Source: Vannella sp.
Taxonomy: Eukaryota
Assembly (NCBI GenBank): GCA_023345925.1
Contig: JAJQQN010001113.1
Location: forward strand, 1 to 37,504
DNA length: 37,504 nt
Direction of reading: 5' to 3'
Part shown: positions 1-11,360 of the stretch, one piece after another
Numbering within the stretch: position 1 is the first letter of the stretch
Layout: every line of letters begins with the position of its first letter
Program-made: the position numbers and the translations under genes
The notes under the pieces: model-generated
Seen by the model: only the letters and a program-made list of their open reading frames with translations
Databases searched by the model: none
Told to the model about the DNA's origin: nothing

Positions 1-225
1 CTCGCCTCAGCTACTTTACACAAAGTAGCGCTCAGATGGAGGGCACCGCCTTATTTCCCTTGTTTGGGTCCAAAAAGTGAAAAAAAAATGAAATCAATCC
101 AAAAGCTTATCCTGAAGAGATGGAGGTCATCAGGGCAAGCTACGCAAACACGAGTTCTGACCCTGTTCCCATCACTCGTGGATTTTCTCTGTGATGATTC
201 ATCCATTCCACTATTCGGTGAATGA
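1..225 (+). CDS. Probable 3' end of an upstream gene (partial, unknown product)
   Basis: Frame 1 is open for 74 codons from the window edge (LASATLHKVALRWRAPPYFPCLG...DDSSIPLFGE) to TGA at 223-225, 60 bp before the acyl-CoA oxidase ATG. No recognisable motif. Confidence 0.35.
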   Translation, partial: LASATLHKVALRWRAPPYFPCLGPKSEKKMKSIQKLILKRWRSSGQATQTRVLTLFPSLVDFLCDDSSIPLFGE

Positions 226-285
226 TTCATCCAAGCATTGATTCTTGCATTCTATTCCATTCTGCGGGTTTGATTCATTCTTTCG

Positions 286-2245
286 ATGAGCGCGGTGGCG
301 GAAGGACGTCTCCACGCTGTGGCGTGCCATCTGGCGGTGCCTGCCTTTGATCAAGAAGCGATGTGGACATTGTTGGCTCACGATCAGTTGGATACACGCC
401 GTCGCTTGCTGGAGTTGTTCCGCGAGCCGCTTTTCATTCCACAGAAGAACATCTCCCTCGACCAAGAGCGTGAGTTGGCCTATCTCCGTCTGAAGCGTAT
501 CTGTGAAGACGGCGCTTTCCTCTCTGTTCGTGACTTCCTGGTGGCTCCCTCTCGCATCTTCGCTGTTCATGAGCTCACCGGTTACATGGACGGCTCTACC
601 GCTACCAAGATGACTGTCCAGTTCAAGTAAGCCCCACTTCTTACGCTCTCTCTTGTGGACTTTCTGACGGAGAGACAGCTTGTTTGGAGGAACTGTGCTG
701 AAGTTAGGAACGGAGAAGCATCACGGCGCCTTCTTGGACCAGATTGATCGCCTTCAGGCTGTGGGTTGCTTTGCACTCACTGAACTGGGTTATGGTAACA
801 ACGCCGTGGAGATGGAGACCACAGCTACCTTCGACAAGGCAGCGGGAGAGTTTGTCATCCAAACGCCCTCCACTCTGGCTCAGAAGTACTGGATCACCAA
901 CTCTGCTATCCATGCTCGCCACTGTGTAGTGTTTGCACGTCTCTTGATGAATGGGACGGACGAGGGCGTTCACGCCTTCCTGGTCCGCATTCGCGACGAT
1001 TCCCACCGCGTTTGCTCTGGTGTGCGAGTGGAGGACATGGGCCACAAGATTGGTGTCAATGGAGTGGATAATGGGAAGCTCTGGTTCGACCAGTATCGCG
1101 TTCCTATCTCTGCCTTGCTCGACGCCAACTCCCAAGTCAAGGAGGATGGAAGTTTCCTCAGCAATGTCACGAGCAAGCGCGGGCGCTTCCTTAAGGTAGC
1201 TGACCAGTTGCTCAGTGGACGTATCTGCATTGCTTGCATGTGTTTGGGCTCAAGCAAGATGGCATTGACTGGTGCTGTGCTGTATTCCGCTTCCCGCTTA
1301 ACTGTGGGAGCGAGTGGCAAGTCGGACCATCCTATCCTTCACTACCAACTGCAAAGCCGCGCCTTGATGCCTCTTCTGGCCAGTACATACGCCCTGAACT
1401 TTGGTCTGGACTGGGTGAAGGACCATTATGCTCTTTGCACTGTGAACAACGATGAGGACGACCTGAGCAGGCAAATAATGGTGATTAACTGCTGTGCATT
1501 GAAGCCTATTGTGACTTGGAATGCCGAGAAGACTGCGACAGTATGCCGCGAACGATGTGGAGGGCAGGGATTCTTGTCCGTCAATCGATTCGGGGAAGCA
1601 ATTATCGGTGCCCACGCAGGCATTACTGCAGAGGGAGACAACGCCGTTCTCATGCAGAAGGTTGCCAAGGAGCTCCTGGGATTGTGGCAAAGCGGACAGT
1701 ATCAATTGGCCGAGTCCACTCCTCCTTCAGCAGGTGATTTGAGTCCAGACGCTCTCATGTACTTCTTGGCTGCCAAAGAAGCTCATCTCATGAAGAGTCT
1801 TGCCAACAAGTTGCAGAGTGGATTGGCAGAGGGCCGAGATCTCTTCACTGTCTGGATGTTGGAGGAAAGTGACATTATTCAGGGTCTGGCCCGTGCCTAC
1901 GGTGAACGTTTGGTTTTCGAGCGCTGTTTGATTGTTTTGGGATCGGCCTCTCCATCCATCCGTGAGACTATCCACTTGGTGGTCACCACCTTCGCCTTGT
2001 CCTTGCTAGAACGCGACTTAGGATGGTATCTAGCAGAGGGTCTCCTCTCTCGTGAGGATGCTTCTTTGATCATCTCTACATCCCAACGGAAGTGCAAGGA
2101 AATGAGCGACATTGCTGTTCAGCTTGTACAAGCGTTTGGCATCCCTTCCCATGTCTTCCAAGCACCAATTGCTAGTGACTGGGTTGCTTTCAATGAAGGT
2201 GACAACCAAGGAGAAGTTGTCCATTCCCAGAAACTCTTCCAATAA
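286..2245 (+). CDS. ACOX: Peroxisomal acyl-CoA oxidase (2 exons: 286-626, 679-2245), N-terminal PTS2
   Basis: Removing a 52-nt GTAAGC...ACAG intron (627-678) joins the two ORFs into ...[22 protein letters not shown] motifs: [72 protein letters not shown] matches the PTS2 consensus RLx5HL. Confidence 0.95.
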
Positions 2246-2302
2246 CTCCACTAAACCTTAACTTCCTCAAATGATGATTGTAAGACCGAGTCCGAGCGGC
2301 GT

Positions 2303-4474
2303 TTAGTTCGAGGTGTTGGTTTCCAAATCTTTTGGAAGGAGGAGGGACTGGTGAAAGCAATTGGGCCGAATCCTAACCCATTCATTCCACTCTTCAAGAA
2401 AGGGCATCTCTAAAGGCGCGAACGCAAACGTAACGAAAGCGAAGAGAATCGAGCCATTGCGCAGCATCCTTTCTTGATCCCAGTAGGTTTGATAGTGTTC
2501 TTGCAAAGCTGATTGTTGGATCCGATGAACGAGCGCTCTGCTCGCTTTCTTATCGGAGCACTCTAACAGAATCCCCAAAAGCTTGGGTCCTACTCTTTCC
2601 TTTCCTTCTTGGATCCACAAACGGACTGAATCCATCCACTGTGACTCCCAAGAGACCCAGCCTCCATCAATCAGAAGGAAAGCCGCTTGAAAGGGAGGAC
2701 ACGCCGAAAACTCCAAAGTGACTTTGGGAGATAAATCCATCCAACGGAGGTGGTCTCTAACTACCAAATCACTAGCAGTATCGCAATATAAAGATGCACC
2801 ATGGCTGAGAGTAGCTTCAAGAGCAGGGAGGACAAAATGAAATCCTGGTTCATGGAGCCACACTGAAGAGCATTTCCAGTGCTTAACATATTCAGAGAGA
2901 TAGAAGCTGATGAATTGATATTTACAGGAGCTGGATGAAGGCCTTTTGCTTCTGTTGAGGCACCACCCGTTCCATGTTCTGAGTCCCGAAATCGGACTTG
3001 GCACCTCTTCTGAGTCAGTTTGGGACGTAGTATCAGCATTCAAGGAGAATATGATTGTTACACACGGGTGTATCGATCGTAGTGATGAGACATAAGATAC
3101 TTTCATGCAGTGTGCAGGAAATCCGGCATCAACGCCAGCCTGGAACACTCCAAATACAATCCAGTCTACGCTGACATGATCCCAAATGGCAACAGAATCA
3201 GCACATTTCAGATCCAGTCCTAAGAATGAGACTTTCTCACATCTTTTGAGGGCAGATAGAGCCTCAAGAAGATCTGACCACTTCGAACACTGTTGAAGTT
3301 GCACAGCTGAGAAGACATTTGAATAGGTCAGCCAAATGGCAGAAGCTGGAGCCCCACGTGCATCTTTCAAACAAGATGCAAATGTTTCAGTCTTAATAGA
3401 GAGCAAAGGAGGTTCTTGAAGGCGAGCCAACTCTTTTGCGAGCAGCGCTTCGCTGGAAGAGGAAATCACATTTGAGTGGATGAGCGAAGGAGAAATCCCC
3501 GTCTGGAGAAGTGCGAGAGTAACTGGAAGCAGCTTCGAATCCTGGATGAAAACCAAACCGACACTGCGTTCACAAGAAGCTACCAAATGGGCAAATTGAT
3601 TTGAGTTATGCTGCATCGAGGACCATAAGACCGTTGGCTCAGTCATTTGCATACCAAGTATTTTCCAATCTTTTCCAGCAAAGAAGAGCAAATCTACTTT
3701 GGAATCTGGAGTTGGAATTGGAAGATGCTTTTGTTCTTTTTCGTGAACGAGAAACGCAGCGGTCACCATCATGGCACATTGCCTCTTGTTGCCATCATCA
3801 CGCGATATTTCTTTCCTGACATTCGTAGAGCTTTCGTAGGCAACTAAGCCTGCAAACGTCACTTTCATTCCACATTCGGTTCCAACACTACTGAGAAAGA
3901 GAACGAGCTCATCCACAATGTCAAAGGGATATAACTGGGGTGTTCCACGTTGAGAGAAAGTGACTGCGATCACAGAAGGGCCAGATACCCTTTCAGGAGC
4001 TACCCAGCCCTTTTCTAAGAGCATTCTGAGGTCTTGCTGACGCTGGCGCCCTTGTTTTGAGCTAAAAGTTCCACAATAGTCAAGCCATACAAATCCAAAT
4101 TGTTTTGGCCAGCTGTGAAGGCTTAAAGAGTCCCGTAAGGTCGAAACAGAGTCGAACATTGCGGAAAGGAGTTCGTGAGAGCACATTGGGAAGGCCAATA
4201 GTCCCGGGCATTGCTTGATCATGGACTCACAGTCTCCTTCATTGGGATTAGGGACGACAACTCTTCGAGGACAGACCCCAATCGCCTCCAACGCCTTCTG
4301 TGTGATCAGATGCGGTGTGTCGAGTACCAAAGCCCAAGTGCGATCCAGCTCCTCACTCTTTGCCACAACCAAGAGACTGGCTAGCCAATCATTCACTGCG
4401 ACCTTCAGCGGACTCTCCCCAACTCGGTAGTCCGCCCCAACCACCTTTTTCCCCTTCCCGCCCCCTCGAGCCAT
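2303..4474 (-). CDS. 723-aa uncharacterised protein with SAM-dependent methyltransferase-like (Rossmann) domain(s)
   Basis: Single uninterrupted ORF with ATG. The ALVLDTPHLITQKAL and FGFVWLDYCGTF segments resemble class I MTase strand motifs, and similar degenerate segments recur twice. Function is inferred only. Confidence 0.6.
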   Translation of the reverse strand: MARGGGKGKKVVGADYRVGESPLKVAVNDWLASLLVVAKSEELDRTWALVLDTPHLITQKALEAIGVCPRRVVVPNPNEGDCESMIKQCPGLLAFPMCSHELLSAMFDSVSTLRDSLSLHSWPKQFGFVWLDYCGTFSSKQGRQRQQDLRMLLEKGWVAPERVSGPSVIAVTFSQRGTPQLYPFDIVDELVLFLSSVGTECGMKVTFAGLVAYESSTNVRKEISRDDGNKRQCAMMVTAAFLVHEKEQKHLPIPTPDSKVDLLFFAGKDWKILGMQMTEPTVLWSSMQHNSNQFAHLVASCERSVGLVFIQDSKLLPVTLALLQTGISPSLIHSNVISSSSEALLAKELARLQEPPLLSIKTETFASCLKDARGAPASAIWLTYSNVFSAVQLQQCSKWSDLLEALSALKRCEKVSFLGLDLKCADSVAIWDHVSVDWIVFGVFQAGVDAGFPAHCMKVSYVSSLRSIHPCVTIIFSLNADTTSQTDSEEVPSPISGLRTWNGWCLNRSKRPSSSSCKYQFISFYLSEYVKHWKCSSVWLHEPGFHFVLPALEATLSHGASLYCDTASDLVVRDHLRWMDLSPKVTLEFSACPPFQAAFLLIDGGWVSWESQWMDSVRLWIQEGKERVGPKLLGILLECSDKKASRALVHRIQQSALQEHYQTYWDQERMLRNGSILFAFVTFAFAPLEMPFLEEWNEWVRIRPNCFHQSLLLPKDLETNTSN

Positions 4475-4566
4475 AAACGAAATGTTTTATTAAACTTGAT
4501 TTTCATAACACTGTGCTAACGAAGAAGATAGGAAAGAACTTCAAGCAATCAATCCAACTGGTTGAA

Positions 4567-6894
4567 TTAAAGCTTTTGCGATTCGGCGATCTCGCGGAGA
4601 AGACGGGCTCGTTTGATGTTCTTACGGCGGAAGCAAAGTTCTGTTGCAATAACACTGATTCCTACCAGGACAATGGCACCAGCCACCATCCCTAGAGAGA
4701 CCCAAGCGAGCGTAGTTTCTGCACTTGAAGATTGACCGCCATTTCCTCCGGTCAGGAGCAACGCAAAATTAGTGAGATGTTTTGTTTCACCACAAAGCTG
4801 GCCCTTGTTTGTCTGTAAAAGGGACTCATCCTCGCACTCCCATTTGGACTTGCTTTCGTCGTAAAAGCTCAAACAATATCCCCCGTTGGACTGATCGGCG
4901 CTTGCAGGTGAAAAGCAAACAATCAAAGGTTCATCCAGCTTGGTAATGATAGTATTGTTGCTGACATCCAACAAGACGATGTCAAATATGATTCCTCCCA
5001 GAGTCGGGCGGAAGAAGTCCTCAGGTACCTTTGAGATCGCTGTGACGGTCAGAGTAGTGTTTGGAACTTTTGTCAGGCCCAAAGGTATCAACAGTGAACC
5101 TATAACCTCTTCATCCGAGGATCTTAAAGTCACGAATCCGGTCTCCAGAATCAGAATTTTGGAAAAGTCGCAAGTTTCGCAATCGCTCTCGAGAGCTCTC
5201 ACGATAGGATTCGGGGTTGAAGAATCCGAGAGCGTTGAGGAGGATGGGTTTGAAGCTAGATTTGAAGGACCGAGCTGGGTCGAACTTGAAGTTGATGTTC
5301 TGCTAGAACTTTCTTCTCCCGATACTGACACCGAGAGGCTCACCAAAATCACACTAATGGATTTTTTGCTCAAGGAGCGACTCCTGCTGACCAAGGGGAC
5401 AAAGCTCGTTTGTGTTGATGAGAATAAACTGGATTGGCTTCCTATTGGCGCACTCGCGGTTGGGCTACTTCTCGTTGGAATTGGAGTGGGAATTTGGGAG
5501 GATTGAGTGCGAGATATGCTTATTCCAAATGAATTTGAAGATGCGATGGTGGCTGAAGCGATTGAGAGACTGGTTGCCACGCTTTGAGACGTCTCGCTTG
5601 TAGGAGTGGATACCGCCGAATTACTTTCGATCGTTGACACACTGGCGGGTACGGGTGAGGAAGGGCTGGCCATCGAGACCTTAATCACTGACACGGACGC
5701 AGAAAAACTTGCAAAATACGATCCGCTTGGAGACATGCTAGCAGAAAAGCTGACCATTGGTGATGTGCTAGAAGAATTGGAGCTTGCTATCACTGTTGGA
5801 AAAGGCCTGCTAATTGAATCGGTTCCAGACGAAGAAATCGATCCGCTGGGCATGATTGATCCGCTAGGAGATGGGGAGAAGCTGGCTGCCACTGTTGCAA
5901 ACGGTGTCTCGCTGACCGAAGAGGTCATTGAATCAGTTCCCGACGAAGAAATCGATCTGCTGGGCATGATTGATCCGCTAGGAGATGGGGAGAAGCTGGC
6001 TTCCACTGTTTCACTGACCGATGAAGTCATTGAATCGGTTCCTGACGAAGAAATCGATGCGCTGGGAGACAGGCTAGCAGTTGGAGAACAAGAAGGAGAA
6101 TTGCTATTGGATGGACAGGCGCCATTGGGATCACAATATCCAATCTGATAGTTCGAGGGCGGGACTGATGAACAACTGAAGTTTTGTCCAGATAGATTGA
6201 CGCCCTCGACTGCTAAATCGAGAGTCCCAATTGGGATGACCCCACAAAGGTTGTTTCCACTCAGAGATACCTTTTTCAAACGGGAGAGCTCCGGCCACTG
6301 CTGCAAGGATCCTGTCAGTTGGCTAGATCCAAAAGGCCTGGCATCGATCGATCTACTCAAAAGTTAACATTGGGCATTGAGGAGGCTGAATTTGAAGTCC
6401 CCTACATTACAGATAGGAGAGGGATGGCCGACCAGGAGGGAAGGCTTCCCGTCAGCAGATTTCCATCTAAAATCCTTTGCAAATGTTAAAAGCCGTTCCA
6501 GAAAGCATGAAAACTCACAATATCTCCAGACTGGAGAGATTGAACCATTCTCTCAGGGTTCCATCGATTGAGTTGTTTTGTAAATTCCTTCTGCAGATGA
6601 GAAGAGATAAGAGTAGAAGGTAAACTCTCACAAGTACTGCAAATCGGGAAGGTCCAGCTCAGGCAGAGGCCCCGTCAAGTTGTTACTTGGCAGATTGATC
6701 GATGTTACGCTACAAGCCGTGCAACTAACTCCGTACCAACTGCAATGGTCCTCCTCCAGGCTCCATGTTCTTATCCAAGATTCTCCCTGCAACTCTTGGT
6801 AGAAGGCGACCAACATGTCATGATCAGATTGAGGGGTGAAGCATGCGTGCACTAAGAGTATCACGGAGCTTAGAAACGTCAACCAGGCCCACAT
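4567..6894 (-). CDS. Type I membrane protein: signal peptide-LRRNT-LRRs-Ser/Thr stalk-GAIN/GPS-single TM (paralog A; exons 6894-6632, 6587-6519, 6474-6406, 6352-4567)
   Basis: Signal peptide MWAWLTFLSSVILLVHA; LRRNT (DHCSWYGVSC); LxLxxNxLxGxLP repeats joined in frame by three phase-2 GT-AG introns; Ser-rich stalk; GPS motif CLSFYDESKSKWEC...LCGETKHLTNFALLL; TM LAWVSLGMVAGAIVLVGISVIA; short basic tail. Confidence 0.85.
5805..6062 (-). repeat. Imperfect coding tandem repeat (~102-114 bp, ~2.5 copies) in the Ser/Thr stalk of paralog A
   Basis: GAAGAAATCGAT recurs at ~5831, ~5945 and ~6047; the first two copies share the longer GGCATGATTGATCCGCTAGGAGATGGGGAGAAGCTGGC. Peptide unit approx. SISSSGTDSMTSSVSET..ASFSPSPSGSIMPS. 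Confidence 0.85.
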
Positions 6895-7413
6895 CACGAG
6901 AAGAAATGGCTTTCAGTCCGAACTGTCGGCCGGAGAGGGAAATGCAACCGATCCGGTTTGGTCAGACCAACATTGAATCGGCCCCCCCTTTAATTACTGA
7001 TTATGCGAATATTCTAATGCGAGGCTTACTATCCCAGCGAGAAACAGAGCAAAAACAGGAATGTTAGGGTTAGGGTTTGGTAATTGGGACGGGCCGAACA
7101 CCGGCTTCTTGTTCTGAACACACCCGAAGATTCTTCCTTTGTACATAAATGAAGTGAAAAGCACATTGAGAGTTCTGGCTTGAGACTCAAGCGCAATCCA
7201 GTCAACACGTTACTAAGGCAGAACAAGCCTCAAACGCTTCTCTGAAGGATTCTCTAAATCCTCCTTTTTGCCTTTCCTGCCCCAGCAAGCTACTAAAATT
7301 GAAAAAGAAGTCATTTAGAAGTCATTTTCTTAGTTGCTGCGAATGAAGTAGTAGAAGAAAAGAGATAGGAAAAGGAAAAGAAAGAGCTTGGGGGAAGATT
7401 TGGCTTTCTCCAT

Positions 7414-10400
7414 CTACAACTGTTGAGAATGGGCGGCAATCTCACGAAGAAGGCGGGCTTGTTTGATCGTCTGATGGCGGAAATAGATTTCCGTTCCAAT
7501 CACGCTGATACCTACTAGAAGAATGGCGCCAGCCACCATTCCGAGAGAGACCCAAGCGAACGCGGTTTCCACACTCGAAGATTGACAAACGCTACCGCCT
7601 CCATTACCGCCACTTCCTCCAGTTTTCCCGGTGAGAAGCAACGCAAAGTTGGTAAGGTGGTCTGTTTTGCCGCAAAGCTGGCCCTTGTCTGTTTGTAAAA
7701 GACACTCGTCTTCGCACTGCCACTTGGACTTGCTTTCGTCGTAATAGCTCAAGCAATATCCTCCATTGGACTTTCCCGTGCTTGGAGGTGAAAAGCAGAT
7801 AGTCAAGGGAGCCTCCAGTGAGGTAATGAGATTGTTACTGGAATCCCTTAATACGATATCAAGGATGATTCCCCCGAGAGTCTGGCGGAAGAAGTCCTGA
7901 GGTACGTTTGAGACAGCAGTGACAGAGAGAACCGTGTTAGGGAGGTTTGTCATGCTTCGGGGTATCAACAGTAAACCCACAACATCTTGAGAAGAAGAGT
8001 TCAAACTCACGAATCCGGTCTCCAGAATTTGAGAACTTGAAAAGTCACAAGTTTCGCAATCGCTCTCAAGAGTGTTCACAATTGAATTTGGAGCGAACGA
8101 AGGGACTGATTTCAAAAGCGTAGGTGACGAGGAGTTTGAAGGTACAATCGGAGGACTCATTTGCGCCGAGCTGGGCAACTTGAGGAACGTTGAGGTGCCA
8201 TCTAAACTTTCTGCAGACCCCACCGATCTTGTAGATTGACGACCAATTGCCGATGGACTGAAAGTTGATGTCAGACTCTCTCTTTCAGAAGTGAATTCGA
8301 GCGAGCTGCTTTCGGTTGCGGTTTCGGCTACAATTTGAGTCAATGATATCGTCGAGCTGGAGTCTGCAGAAGGATTTTCCGTCATTGATGATCCACTGGG
8401 AGATGCAGTCGTGGAAAAGCGGGAGCTGACACTGACAGAAGGAGTTGCCGTCATTGATCCTCCACCGGGCGATTCGGTCGTGAAAGGGAAGATGGAAGGA
8501 CTTGCCGTCATTGATTCACTCAGTGAGTTGGATGCAGTGAAGCTGGAACTTACACTGACAGAATGAGTTGCCGTCATTGATTCACTCAATGTGTTGGATG
8601 CAGTGAAGCTGGAGCTCACACTGGGAGAAGGAGTTGCCGTCATTGATTCACTCAGTGAGTTGGATGCAGTGAAGCTGGAGCTCACACTAACAGGAGGAGT
8701 TGCCGTCATTGATTCACTCATTGAGTTGGATGCAGTGAAGCTGGAGCTCACACTAACAGAAGGAGTTGCCGTCATTGATCCACTCTGTGACATGGATACC
8801 GAGTAGCTGGGGCTCCTACTAACCGTAGTTGATGGGCTAGGAGAATTAGTTCCAGAGTAGCTAGTGGTTGCACTTTCAGAAGGTGTTTCGCTTGATGTGG
8901 AGGTTTCCGAAGGAGTCTCGGACGAGGAAGGGGTCAAAGAAGATGATGGGGAGTTGCTGGTAGTTGGGCAGGCCCCTGCAGGATCACAACGGTCGAACTG
9001 GTAAGTATTTGGCACGGGTAAGGTGCAATTGAAAACCTGTCCAACGAGGTTAACGCTATTGAATGGAACACCAAGCTTTGCAATAGGAATATCGCCACAA
9101 AGATCGTTGCCTGTGAGGGAGATGCTCCCTAGCTGGGTTAGCTGCGGCCATTCTTGCAAAGAGCCGGTCAATTTCTCTCCAAAAACATGAGCATTGATCG
9201 ATCTACCGGTGGTTAGAAGAAGACAAAACTCGAATATGATGTCCCCACATGATCTCCAGTTTGGTAAGTGTGGACCAGCTTGGCAGACTTCCCGTGAGAT
9301 AATTCTCATCCAAAATCCTTCACAACTTCAGATTAAGTGCACAGTACCCAAAAAAACTAACATTGTCACGAGATTTGCGAGATTCTTCCACTCGGGCAGA
9401 GTTCCTGTGATTTGGTTCTTTTCCAAGGATCTTGCATCCGCCAATGGAATCAGTCCAGAAGGCATCCTCTCATTGGCCAACTTACAAGAATGTGAGATTT
9501 GTTAGGCTATTCCACTGGGGTAACGCCCCTGATATCATGCAGGATCCCAACTTCCTTTGAGGGGTGTTAGTGTTTTAGTGAACAACACTCCACAAAAAGA
9601 GCTCACAGAGTGGTTAAGTTAACCAGGCAACTCCACTCAGGAAGTTGTCCAACGAGATTGGAATTCTTTTCCAAAACTCTGCTTTGTATCAATAACAAAT
9701 ATTGAGAGAAGAGAACTCACAGTGTGGATAACCCCGTCATATGACAGAAATCACGAAGGGTTCCATCGATATAGTTATTCCTCAAATTTCTGAAAGAGGA
9801 TCCAAAGGGCTGAGGATCCTTTCTTTGGGTAAAGGAGGAGTCCACTCACAAGTAGGTGAGCTGAGATAGAGATCTCCACTCCGGAAGAAAGCCGTCGATA
9901 TTGTTATCTGCAAGATCTCTATCAAGATGTTAGGAGAATCCAACAAATGAGGTGCAAACCCACAGGTACGTGAGTTGAGAAAAAGAAGAAGTCCACTGCA
10001 AAATCAACCCATTCAAGGAGTTTTTCGCCAAATCTCTTCTTTTCTGGTCAGGAAATGTTGAACTCCGAATGAGGAAACTAACAAGTGGGTGATCTTAGTC
10101 AGGTTGGTCCATTCTCTTAGAGGGCCTTCAATAGAGTTGTTATGTAAATCCCTTTCACAGATCATTAGACTCAAGAGGATGATAGTTACTCCTGTACTCA
10201 CAAGGACAACAACTCAGGGAGGTCAAGCTCAGGAAGAGCACCGGCCAGATTGTTACTTGGGAGAGTGATCGATTCTATACTCTCTGAAGCAGTGCAATGA
10301 ACTCCGGTCCAAGAACAAGGTGGCTCTGACAAGTTCCATTGCCTCTCCCAATTAGCCCCTGACAACGCTTGATTCAAGGCGACCAACGAATCCTGCTCAT

Positions 10401-10470
10401 TAGCGGGTGTGAGACAACACGCAAAGAACACCGCCGAGCCAAGAAACACCGCGAATTGGGCCAACAGCAT
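7414..10470 (-). CDS. Type I membrane protein: signal peptide-LRRNT-LRRs-Ser/Thr stalk-GAIN/GPS-single TM (paralog B; exons 10470-10202, 10151-10083, 10035-9964, 9918-9850, 9789-9721, 9678-9607, 9554-9486, 9430-9362, 9317-9249, 9202-7414)
   Basis: Signal peptide MLLAQFAVFLGSAVFFACC; LRRNT PCSWTGVHC; eight 69/72-nt exons each encoding one LRR (e.g. DLHNNSIEGPLREWTNLTKITHL), all flanked by phase-2 GT..AG introns; GPS CLSYYDESKSKWQC...LCGKTDHLTNFALLL; TM nearly identical to paralog A. Confidence 0.88.
8420..8790 (-). repeat. 66-bp coding tandem repeat (~4.5 copies plus degenerate flanks), unit MTATPSVSVSSSFTASNSLSES
   Basis: GCCGTCATTGAT recurs at ~8504, 8570, 8636, 8702, 8768, mostly followed by TCACTCA.TG..TTGGATGCAGTGAAGCTGGA. 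Confidence 0.9.
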
Positions 10471-10638
10471 AGAAAATGACAAACTGACCGAGCCACAGTC
10501 TGTCTCCTTTCCTCCGGACAGGGAGAACTCATTTCCTGTTCAAGGAAATGGCTGGTTTTGGCAAACCTCGCTCGAAAATTGTGATGAGAGGTAAAACATA
10601 AGTTTTTTAAGAAGCTTTTTGTCATAGTGCGTCAGAAT

Positions 10639-11226
10639 TCAGAGGACCCCTCCTTCTCTTCCCTTTGGGTCATCGCTTTCATTCTGTTCAGAAGGCCTTC
10701 TTCGATCGTAGCGCCTCCTTGTGGAGCCCACAGCAGCAAAGCTATGATACTGTTGGAGCCCATCAGGCTAATAATGAATCTCAGCTCAGTAGATACCCCA
10801 GCCCATAGGCTAGCGGCAACTCTCACCATCCCACCAACTTCCAAAGCAACCGAATGCCATACTATAAGGAGTGCAGTTACAAGGAGAGCACAAGTTGACA
10901 TCCACACTTATATGACGAGGCAACGTTTTTGCAATCCAAGGGGTTTGGATCACCTCTTCGACTCGAAGCCTTTGGTTCGCCATCTAGACAAGGTTGGAGT
11001 CTTTCGAAACAGAATTTTTGTATTACGACGCAAGGAGCTCACTTTCTGGCAGACAAACGACGAGGATGATCTTCTTGTACCTGGATCCTTCGCCAAATCC
11101 TCAGGGTTGTGAGAGTAGATGATACCACAGGTGATGAGGCCGAGTAGGAACAGCTGAAAAGCCTGAAGGTGCTCAGCAACCCTTCATGGAAGGCGGCAAT
11201 CGACACTGTTGAAGGAACAGGACCAT
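10639..11226 (-). CDS. Possible small multi-exon gene (hypothetical, possibly secreted)
   Basis: The minus strand carries several donor/acceptor pairs spaced like the local short introns (GTGAGC..TCTAG, GTGTGG..TTATAG, GTGAGA..ATTAG). They can join into ...AFQLFLLGLITCGIIYSHNPEDLAKDPG...IWHSVALEVGGMPDGLQQYHSFAAVG...GGVL*. The 5' end needs a weak donor and is uncertain. Confidence 0.3.
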
Positions 11227-11360
11227 TTCTCGGGGACGAATTTTATACATAATTCATCTTTGTCAACGATCCCGAGGGATTCAATACACTCTTTTAAACT
11301 CTGAGTGGAAGAAGAGGCCTTTTGCTGAATCTGATTCTGTGAGAGAAATGAAAGTGAAAT

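Noticed and set aside
190..285. ATTC-rich tract with GTGATGA (C-box-like) as a possible snoRNA
   Set aside because: No nearby D box or terminal stem; more simply low-complexity UTR/promoter sequence.
4940..6148. Plus-strand ORFs of 188 and 180 aa (and 8591-8806)
   Set aside because: Antisense shadows of Ser/Thr-rich repeats in the LRR-GPS genes.
10627..11112. 161-aa plus-strand ORF with a PH-domain-like phrase (LDKVGVFRNRIFVLRRKELTFW)
   Set aside because: The listed start is GTG, the fragment could not be spliced in frame to a downstream PH C-terminal helix, and splice signals favour the minus strand; likely chance.
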